Assembly: GCA_028282825.1 (NCBI GenBank)
Contig: JANQGZ010000013.1
Span: 35,586 to 99,585 of the forward strand
Source: SAR324 cluster bacterium
Lineage (GTDB): Bacteria; SAR324; XYD2-FULL-50-16
DNA: 64,000 nt
Direction: 5' to 3'
The translations under genes were made by a program, and so were the position numbers. The notes below the pieces were generated by a model. That model had not been told where the DNA came from. It did not search any database and saw only the letters and a program-made list of their open reading frames with translations. This document shows, piece after piece, positions 52,775 to 60,912 of the stretch (positions are counted from its first letter, which is position 1; each line of letters starts with the position of its first letter).

Positions 52775-53338
52775 TTAGTTGATGATGGGGTCAAAGGGAT
52801 CTGATTGATCGAAAAGATGTTCCGGATCTGCACCAAGGCTTTTGAACGCTTCATCCCACTTTTTAACGAAGTCGACTTCAAAGAGCAGATCGAGATCAAA
52901 TTCACCATACCACCATGACCCTTCTTCGATTTCACGGTCAAGTTGCTTTACGCCCCACCCGGAATAGCCAACACCTGCATAAAAAATTTCCGGGCAGTTT
53001 TCGTCAGATAAAAGTGGAATTAGCTCTTGAGCAGACGTTAAATAGAAATTATCATGGACCTTGATAGTAGAAATCCCTTGAAAAACAGGTGAATGTATTG
53101 CCCAGAAAAAATCGGTTTGTACGGGTCCACCGAATAAAATAGGAATTTCCAGTGATTGTTTGTGGTCGATTTTCATCAAGCTCAAAGCATCCTTCACCAT
53201 TGTACCCGTTGGCAGATTTATGATGAATCCTAAGGCCCCGCTGTCTTTGTATTCCGCCATAAGAATCACGGAATTGGAGAAAATAGGACTTTTTAAGGAA
53301 GGCATGGCGATTAAAAAGTTTGCTTTACCAAATGTCAT
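52775..53338 (-). CDS. YqgE/AlgH (DUF179) family protein
   Basis: LIAMP, GALGFIIN, GGPV and GYSGW..QLDREI..GSW. Confidence 0.9.
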   Translation of the reverse strand: MTFGKANFLIAMPSLKSPIFSNSVILMAEYKDSGALGFIINLPTGTMVKDALSLMKIDHKQSLEIPILFGGPVQTDFFWAIHSPVFQGISTIKVHDNFYLTSAQELIPLLSDENCPEIFYAGVGYSGWGVKQLDREIEEGSWWYGEFDLDLLFEVDFVKKWDEAFKSLGADPEHLFDQSDPFDPIIN

Positions 53339-53483
53339 GAGATTCCTATGTCATCCGGGTTGCTTGCTGTAGGTTTCTTGAAAACGAATATGCTTCTTAA
53401 CGTCAGGATGAAACTTTTTTGATAATTAAGCAACAAAAAGAGGACTTTTAAATTAAGCATTAATCATCACTGAATATCGACAA

Positions 53484-54167
53484 ATGAAGAATACTAGCCG
53501 AAAGATCTGTGCAATTATTCTGCCACTGGTACTGATGTTGAGCACCGGTGCCTGCCGAAAGCTTGATAAAGACGGCGGTTACTACGACGAAGAGACAAAA
53601 ACATATAAATACGTCACCCCTACCAAGCGCGGAATTCAAAAATCAGCCCTGCAGGTGTTTAGCCCGATACCGGGAAAACTTCAGCAGGTTTACGGGATAG
53701 TAACACGTATCGAAGCTGATGCAAAATCTTTTTGGTTGAAAATAGACGATAGAAAACCCTATATGATTTTGGCCGAAAGCCTGTCCGGTGGTAACAGAAA
53801 CGACAAAACCAAAGAACTTAAAATACAGCTTAAACATGTGTCTCCACAAGGTTCAGTTTCACGTAGAGGCAACTTTAGAAAAAAATGGCGAGATCATGTG
53901 ATAGCAAATTTAAAAAATCAGATGGTTAACAGACAAGTCCTTGTTGAAATCGATTATGAAGAAAAGGCAAGGAAACTTTGGGGGATCTGTTTTGTGGTGG
54001 TCAAAACCAAAGATGGAGATCGTGCCAGAAATATTAATCTTTGGATGATTAGACAGGGACTCTCCTACTATTTCATTGATAGGGGCAAAGCCGTGGAAGA
54101 CAAGGTCTTTCGCAATGCTCAGTTGATAGCGAGAAAGAACAAAGCCGGGCTTTGGAAGTATCAATAA
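53484..54167 (+). CDS. Thermonuclease (SNase)-like lipoprotein
   Basis: STGAC lipobox; C-terminal NLWMIRQGLS...AQLIARKNKAGLW. Confidence 0.7.
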   Translation: MKNTSRKICAIILPLVLMLSTGACRKLDKDGGYYDEETKTYKYVTPTKRGIQKSALQVFSPIPGKLQQVYGIVTRIEADAKSFWLKIDDRKPYMILAESLSGGNRNDKTKELKIQLKHVSPQGSVSRRGNFRKKWRDHVIANLKNQMVNRQVLVEIDYEEKARKLWGICFVVVKTKDGDRARNINLWMIRQGLSYYFIDRGKAVEDKVFRNAQLIARKNKAGLWKYQ

Positions 54168-54319
54168 ACCCCGGTCATCGAATTGCAAACATAGCTATCA
54201 CCTTGTAGCTCGCTCGCGCTTCGCAATCAAGTGAACCATTTCGGGTAATACCTGATTGAAGCCTGCTATTCTCGCAGGCAGTTTTTATTATAACATTATT
54301 GTAATTTGAAGGAGTTTAC

Positions 54320-54742
54320 ATGGCAGTAGAACGAACACTATCTATCATCAAACCTGACGGTGTAAAAAAAGGAGTGATTGGAAATATTTTGAATCGTTTT
54401 GAAACAGCTGGCCTGAAACTGGTTGCGATGAAACTGGTTCAGCTTAGTAAAAAAGAAGCCGAGGGCTTTTATGCTGTTCATAGCGATAAAGGTTTTTTTG
54501 ATGAACTCACCACGTTTATGTCTAGTGGACCGGTCGTAATTTCAGTACTTGAAGGCGAAGACGCCATCGCTAAAAACAGGGAACTTATGGGAGCAACAAA
54601 TCCGAAAGATGCAGCCCCGGGGACCATTCGTGCGGATTACTCCGATTACGTCGGTGAGAACACTGTCCATGGCTCTGATGCTCCTGAAACTGCCAGAACT
54701 GAAATCGCTTATTTTTTTGCCGAAACGGAACTGGTAAATTAA
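54320..54742 (+). CDS. ndk: Nucleoside diphosphate kinase
   Basis: [23 protein letters not shown] and NTVHGSD. Confidence 0.98.
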   Translation: MAVERTLSIIKPDGVKKGVIGNILNRFETAGLKLVAMKLVQLSKKEAEGFYAVHSDKGFFDELTTFMSSGPVVISVLEGEDAIAKNRELMGATNPKDAAPGTIRADYSDYVGENTVHGSDAPETARTEIAYFFAETELVN

Positions 54743-54951
54743 TTTCAAATTGATATCCTAAAAAGCAGGGTCTTTGTGCAGAGCCCTGCAAGGAACGCCA
54801 TTCAGCAGTAAATTGTGATTGACAAGCAGAGCCAAAGCTCGTACCAACAAAAAGGCTGCCTCAAGATTTTTCTAATTGAGGCAAAAGATTACAAGTGAAT
54901 TAAAAATCAACACGTTAAAGATTCTCTAATCATTGAAGTATAGGAGCACCA

Positions 54952-56196
54952 TTGATTTTACGAGACTTGAGACTGAAGTTTAAGGAAACCATGCCGATTA
55001 GTGATGGATTTTTTAAACTTATGCAAAAAACCTTCGGTTTTTATACTTCTATCTGTAACGAGTTTTTTAAAAACCTGGGGAAAAATGTAGAATCGAATAA
55101 CCTGGGAACTTATCTGCAAAATGAAATTCGACCAAAACTGTTTGATCCCAAGCATTGCAAAGAGATCGAATCGATTAAAAAGCAGTTTTTGTCTGAAAAT
55201 ATAAAATTGGAACAATTCGTTGCAGAGAACCATTTTGATGTGGATTTTATAAATGATTTCAGTCAACTGAAAAAAGTATCTGATGCCATTTACGAATTGC
55301 TGCAGACTCACTGGGAATTTTACAAATATGAGAAATCAGTCGCCAGTAACGAGGCAATCATCGCTTTTATTCTGGAGATAGACAGGATAGGAATTCGCTG
55401 GGACGTTTATCTGGAAAAATATTTAACAGTCTCGGGAGTACTAAAATCGATTGTCGGTGATGTACAAAAGGACGGCTTTTCTCAATTGAGTGTCCGTTAC
55501 CATTTACCGAAAGATAGCAGCTTTACCCTTGAAGTGTGCACCAATTTAATCAACTTCTTTCAAACCAGTTACGAGTTTGTTTTAAAAATTCACGATCTCG
55601 CGGAAGATGCTCCACTCCTGGAAATCAATAATCTAAATGTTGGAAATCCGATTTTCATTGAATTGCTGGTACCAACCAATTTTGAAAGCAGTTTTAACAG
55701 ATTTTTGGGATATTTGTCTGTGGACGTTTTAAAGAGGGAAACGTTGGTTAAGTTTGTTATGGAAATCGTCCGATTACAGCAAGGAAAGGAGATCCCAAAA
55801 ACGGCCATTACGAATTTCCAAAAGAAGATTGCAAAAATGCTTAATCAACTTCCTGAAGGAGGCTATTTCTCAATCAACGCAGAGGATAGCGAGGACAGTG
55901 TGAAGTTGTTGAGTTCCATGTGCGATGAAATGGACAGGTTGAAGGTTGAATACAAGGATTTACTGACTGGATCAACCAATCGACTTGCCCGAAACAAGCA
56001 ACCTCTCGCAAATCTCTCTCCAATTGCAAAAAAAACGAGCCCGGAAACCGGAGATAAAATAGAAAAGGCTTCGCTTGATCAAAAACCACCATCAACAGCA
56101 AGTTCCTCAAAAAAGGAGCCCAAAAAAGATCAGAGTGAGTCGACTGTGAAGATAAATGTCAAAAACAAAGAGCACATTCAATACTTGACCTCATGA
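54952..56196 (+). CDS. Hypothetical protein
   Basis: 414-aa ORF; TTG start behind AGGAG; disordered Lys/Ser-rich C-terminus. Confidence 0.7.
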   Translation: MILRDLRLKFKETMPISDGFFKLMQKTFGFYTSICNEFFKNLGKNVESNNLGTYLQNEIRPKLFDPKHCKEIESIKKQFLSENIKLEQFVAENHFDVDFINDFSQLKKVSDAIYELLQTHWEFYKYEKSVASNEAIIAFILEIDRIGIRWDVYLEKYLTVSGVLKSIVGDVQKDGFSQLSVRYHLPKDSSFTLEVCTNLINFFQTSYEFVLKIHDLAEDAPLLEINNLNVGNPIFIELLVPTNFESSFNRFLGYLSVDVLKRETLVKFVMEIVRLQQGKEIPKTAITNFQKKIAKMLNQLPEGGYFSINAEDSEDSVKLLSSMCDEMDRLKVEYKDLLTGSTNRLARNKQPLANLSPIAKKTSPETGDKIEKASLDQKPPSTASSSKKEPKKDQSESTVKINVKNKEHIQYLTS

Positions 56197-56454
56197 TCCC
56201 CGCTTTGCTATTCGGTTCATACCTAATATACGGCTGACCTGCATTTTAAAGTGCACGGTCGCCATTGCAGTAAATAATTTACCTAATGAACCTCCGACAC
56301 TTCAAAAGCCATATAAATCCAGCGTACTTGGCCGGAGACCTGCATTGATGAAAAGAATTATTAGTGATATTGGTATAGTTTGAAATGGAGAAAGGCAGGG
56401 AACAAAGAAAGCAGCGGTAGATACTGCCATTCGATTAACCATTTGGAGTAAAAC

Positions 56455-59400
56455 ATGTCGCCTAAGCAAGACAAAAAAATCAAAGAATTACATTCACGAA
56501 TTCAAGAGATCCCAATAGCCATAGTCGGGATGTCAGCTATTTTCCCGGAATCAAAAAATTTACAGGCATATTGGGACAATATTGTCAAAGAGGTCGACTG
56601 TATCATCGATGTTCCTGAAACCCGCTGGAATTTGGAAGACTACTATGATCCTGATCCCGAAAAAGAAGACAAAACCTATTGTAAACGTGGCGGATTTATT
56701 CCTGAGATAGATTTTGATCCAATGGAATTCGGCCTTCCCCCCAATATTCTGGAAGTTACCGATGTTCACCAGCTCCTTTCTCTTGTTTTGGCGAAGGAGG
56801 TATTGCGAGATGGCGGATATGAAAACGCCTCCGACGAATTAAGACAAAATATCGGTGTCATCCTGGGTGTTGGTGGTGGGCAGAAGATGATGATACCACT
56901 GGTTTCCAGGCTTCAATACCCTGTTTGGGAACGGGTGTTGAAGAACGCAGGTGTTTCCGATGGCGATACCTCAAAAATCGTTGAAAAAATTAAAAAAGCA
57001 TATGTTGGATGGGAAGAAAACGCCTTCCCGGGCGCATTGGGCAATGTTATTGCCGGCAGAATAGCCAATAGACTGGATTTAGGCGGTACAAACAGCGTTG
57101 TAGATGCAGCGTGTGCGAGCTCTCTCAGTGGTATTCGCATGGCAATCAGCGAGTTGCTGGAATACAGAGCTGACATGATGATCACAGGTGGGGTAGACAC
57201 CGATAACTCACCCTACATGTATCTATGCTTCAGCAAAACCCAGGCTTTCACAGCTGCCGATAAATCAACCCCATTTAGTGCTAATTCCGACGGTATGATC
57301 ATGGGCGAAGGTATCGGGATGCTGTTGTTAAAACGATTGAAAGATGCCGAGCGAGATAACGATCGGATTTATGCTGTCATCAAAGGAATGGGATCTTCCA
57401 GCGATGGAAAATTCAAGAGTATTTATGCTCCCAGGGCCAAAGGCCAGGAATTGGCCCTTAAACGTGCTTATAGAGACGCTGCAATAGATCCGGGCACTAT
57501 CGGTTTGCTGGAAGCTCACGGAACGGGTACTGCTGCCGGTGATTTGGCTGAAGTAACGGCTTTAAAAAACTTCTTTTCCCAACAGGACAAGGAAAAGCAA
57601 CATATCGCCATGGGGAGCGTTAAATCACAAATCGGTCATACCAAAAATGCCGCCGGTGCCGCCGGAATAATCAAAATGGCGCTCTCCCTGTATCATAAGA
57701 CCCTTCCAGCCACTATCAATATTGATGAGCCAAACCGGGATCTTGATCTTGAAAATTCACCCTTCTTTTTAAATACCAAAGTAAGACCCTGGTTCCATTA
57801 CTCTGATAAACATCCCAGACGAGCCGGTCTTAGTGCGTTTGGTTTTGGGGGCACCAATTTTCACTATATTCTGGAAGAACATCAATCTAAAGCGGAAGGC
57901 AACTACCGAATGCATCAGGTCTCATATCCGGTTATTTTGAATGCTAAAACAATCGATGAATTAGTTGCTGCCTGCAAGGAAACCACCGCGCTGTTAAGCG
58001 ACAAAAAGGCCGACCTAAAACTGGCGCATTTAGTTGATGAACAAAAGAATGCAAAGATACCTCAATCAAATGCCCGACTGGGATTTGTAGCAGTAAACGC
58101 CAAGGAAGCCGTTGATTTTCTGACAAAAGCAATTGAAAAATTGGAGTCAGAGCCTGATGCAGAGGCCTGGAATACACGAAAAGGTTTGTATTTTCAAAAG
58201 AAGGGAATCGATCCCAAAGGCAAGGTGGTAGCCCTTTTTGCTGGGCAGGGATCACCCTATCTGAACATGGGAAAAGAACTGATTAATAATTTCCCCATAT
58301 TGATGAAAAATCAGCAGTTTATGGATCGATTGTTTATTGAGGACAACCGACCGCCACTATCCTCGATTCTTTATCCGCGACCGGTGTTTGACAAAAAAAC
58401 CGCGAAGCAGCAGGAAAAGGAGTTAAATTTAACTCAAAACGCGCAACCTTCCATTGGTGTTTTTAGCGCCGGACAATACCAGATTCTCAATCAAGCCGGC
58501 TTTAAACCTGACTTCACGGCAGGGCACAGCTTTGGTGAGTTAACCGCACTTTGGGCGGCAGGCGTTCTCAACGACGAGGATTATTTTAAGCTTGCCAAAG
58601 CCAGAGGGAAAGCCATGGCCGCCCCGGATGATCCTAATTTTGATGCCGGTGCCATGGTGGCGGTTATGGGAGATGTTAAAAACCTTGCAGATGATATCAA
58701 AGATTTCAAGGGGGTGACCATTGCCAACTATAACTCAAAGAGCCAGGTCGTTATTGCAGGCCCCACGGAAGAAGTAATAAAAGCGCAAGAAGCAATTAAG
58801 GATAAATATCGAACAATACTATTAGGAGTTTCTGCAGCCTTTCACACCGAGTTGGTAGGACATGCCCAGAAACCGTTTGCAGAAGATATTGAAAAAGCAA
58901 GTTTCAAAAAACCGGCGTGTAAAGTGTATTCCAATGCTTCAGCCAAACCTTATCCGCAAACACCAAAATCGATTCAAAAAACCTTAAAGGATCATATCCT
59001 TAACTCAGTCCAGTTCAAACAGGAAATAGAAAATATATACGATGATGGTGGCAGGATTTTTGTAGAATTCGGGCCTCAAAGCATTCTAACCCGACTGGTA
59101 GACAATATTTTAGAAGGGAAATCTTATATATCTGTGGCGCTAAACGCAAATGCAAAAAAAGAGAGCGATCGTCAATTTAGAGAAGGTATTGTCAAACTCA
59201 AAGTGGCCGGTCTTTCTTTATCCGATTTCGACCCCTATCAATATAAGCCCGCTGTTTCGGACAAGAAGAAAAATGCGCTTACTCTGAAAATCAGTGGAAC
59301 CAATTATGTGAGTGAGAAAACCAGAAGAGTGTTTGAAGATGCCTTACAGGATGGCTTTAAGATTAAGCAGGCTGAAGCAGTAACCAGTCTGACGACTCAA

Positions 59401-60912
59401 AACAATCCCCAAAAACCCATAATGAGTAATTCAGAAAACGAAACAAACAAAAAAGTGTCAGTGACACCGCAAGGTGATAGTCTGACATATGCGATGCAGA
59501 GTCTGGAAAGAGGACTGGCAAACTTTTACAATCACCAGAATGAAACATTGCGTATTCACGAGCAGTTCCTGAATAATCAATCGGAATATTCCAGAAGTTT
59601 CTTCCAGATTATGCAGCAACAGGCTCAAACCGGAGCTCCTACGTTGAGCAAGGATGTGTCGCAAAGTATAGGTCAATTTCACTCTCACCAGGCCGAAACC
59701 TTACGTGTACATGAGCAGTATCTAAGGCATCAAACAGAATACTCGAAGCATTCATTTGAACTGATCAGACAGCAACAGGCGGCTTTTACCGGTGGTTCTC
59801 AAATAGCAGCACCCCAGTCCGTGACCATCACAGATTATCAACCGCCTGCTTACCCGGCTCCGACCCCACCTAAAATAGAACAAATTAAACCCATTACACC
59901 GCAGCCCGTTCAACCGGCAGCAACACCACCTGCTCAACCAGTTCCTCCTGCGCAGACTGTTGAAGAGCCGGTAGTTGAATCGATCAGTGCTGATACGTTG
60001 ACCAAGGCTTTGTTGGAGGTGGTTGCTGAAAAAACGGGTTACCAGTCCGACATGTTGGAATTAAGCATGGACATGGAGGCAGATCTTGGTATCGATTCCA
60101 TCAAGCGTGTTGAAATCCTGAACGGCATCCAGGAACAATTACCCGAACTGCCTCAGCTTAACCCGGAAGAATTGGCAGAACTCAGAACACTGGAACAGAT
60201 CGCAGACTATATGAAGACTCACGCGGGTGGATTTGAACCCGCAAAATCACAACCGGAACCGGAACCACAGGTAGCCCAGGGGCCTGCTCCTGCAGCTGAC
60301 AGGAATGGATTTGTTGGTGTTTTGCTGAATGTAATCAGTGAAAAAACCGGCTATCAGGCCGATATGCTTGAAATGGATATGGATATGGAAGCAGACCTGG
60401 GAATCGATTCGATTAAACGCGTCGAAATCCTGAACGGGTTGCAGGAACAAATGCCGGATATGCCATCTGTCAATCCGGAAGAACTTGCAGAATTAAGGAC
60501 ATTACAGCAAATTGCAGACTACGTGATGGGCAAATCTGTGATAGAGGAAGCTTCCGCTCCCGTGCAATCTGCTCCACAAGCTGATCAGACCAGTGGACTG
60601 GAAATATTGACTAAAGCCTTATTGGAAGTTGTCAGCGAAAAAACAGGATATCTGGAAGATATGCTTGAGCTTTCCATGGACCTGGAAGCGGACCTTGGCA
60701 TTGACTCCATTAAAAGGGTGGAGATTTTAAACGGTATTCAGGAAAAGCTACCGGATATGCCGGAGACAAACCCCGAAGAGCTTGCTGAACTGCGTACCTT
60801 GGAACAGATTGTTAATAAAATGATTCAGGCTGGAAGTCCGATCACTGCGGCTAAAACTGAAAATGTAAAAAAAAAACAAGTAATCGCCAACACGGCATCG
60901 ATCGCAGGTTAG
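56455..60912 (+). CDS. pfaA: PfaA/HglE-like iterative PKS, KS-MAT-ACPx3 part
   Basis: DAACASS, EAHGTGT, GHTK, GHSFGE (AT), AAFH and three LGIDSIKRVEIL ACP motifs. Confidence 0.9.
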   Translation: MSPKQDKKIKELHSRIQEIPIAIVGMSAIFPESKNLQAYWDNIVKEVDCIIDVPETRWNLEDYYDPDPEKEDKTYCKRGGFIPEIDFDPMEFGLPPNILEVTDVHQLLSLVLAKEVLRDGGYENASDELRQNIGVILGVGGGQKMMIPLVSRLQYPVWERVLKNAGVSDGDTSKIVEKIKKAYVGWEENAFPGALGNVIAGRIANRLDLGGTNSVVDAACASSLSGIRMAISELLEYRADMMITGGVDTDNSPYMYLCFSKTQAFTAADKSTPFSANSDGMIMGEGIGMLLLKRLKDAERDNDRIYAVIKGMGSSSDGKFKSIYAPRAKGQELALKRAYRDAAIDPGTIGLLEAHGTGTAAGDLAEVTALKNFFSQQDKEKQHIAMGSVKSQIGHTKNAAGAAGIIKMALSLYHKTLPATINIDEPNRDLDLENSPFFLNTKVRPWFHYSDKHPRRAGLSAFGFGGTNFHYILEEHQSKAEGNYRMHQVSYPVILNAKTIDELVAACKETTALLSDKKADLKLAHLVDEQKNAKIPQSNARLGFVAVNAKEAVDFLTKAIEKLESEPDAEAWNTRKGLYFQKKGIDPKGKVVALFAGQGSPYLNMGKELINNFPILMKNQQFMDRLFIEDNRPPLSSILYPRPVFDKKTAKQQEKELNLTQNAQPSIGVFSAGQYQILNQAGFKPDFTAGHSFGELTALWAAGVLNDEDYFKLAKARGKAMAAPDDPNFDAGAMVAVMGDVKNLADDIKDFKGVTIANYNSKSQVVIAGPTEEVIKAQEAIKDKYRTILLGVSAAFHTELVGHAQKPFAEDIEKASFKKPACKVYSNASAKPYPQTPKSIQKTLKDHILNSVQFKQEIENIYDDGGRIFVEFGPQSILTRLVDNILEGKSYISVALNANAKKESDRQFREGIVKLKVAGLSLSDFDPYQYKPAVSDKKKNALTLKISGTNYVSEKTRRVFEDALQDGFKIKQAEAVTSLTTQNNPQKPIMSNSENETNKKVSVTPQGDSLTYAMQSLERGLANFYNHQNETLRIHEQFLNNQSEYSRSFFQIMQQQAQTGAPTLSKDVSQSIGQFHSHQAETLRVHEQYLRHQTEYSKHSFELIRQQQAAFTGGSQIAAPQSVTITDYQPPAYPAPTPPKIEQIKPITPQPVQPAATPPAQPVPPAQTVEEPVVESISADTLTKALLEVVAEKTGYQSDMLELSMDMEADLGIDSIKRVEILNGIQEQLPELPQLNPEELAELRTLEQIADYMKTHAGGFEPAKSQPEPEPQVAQGPAPAADRNGFVGVLLNVISEKTGYQADMLEMDMDMEADLGIDSIKRVEILNGLQEQMPDMPSVNPEELAELRTLQQIADYVMGKSVIEEASAPVQSAPQADQTSGLEILTKALLEVVSEKTGYLEDMLELSMDLEADLGIDSIKRVEILNGIQEKLPDMPETNPEELAELRTLEQIVNKMIQAGSPITAAKTENVKKKQVIANTASIAG
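59998..60830 (+). repeat. Three tandem ACP-domain repeats
   Basis: EKTGY..DMLE..MDxEADLGIDSIKRVEILNG..PEELAELRTL repeated three times (Ser codons at 60097, 60409, 60706). Confidence 0.92.
60867..60876 (+). other. A10 homopolymer, candidate slippage / -1 frameshift site
   Basis: GTA AAA AAA AAA C lies in the overlap of the 0 frame (stop at 60912) and the -1 frame (open from 60861). Confidence 0.65.

Noticed and set aside
59998-60830. DNA-level repeats as a CRISPR array or mobile repeat
   Set aside because: They are in-frame ACP domain repeats with synonymous divergence.
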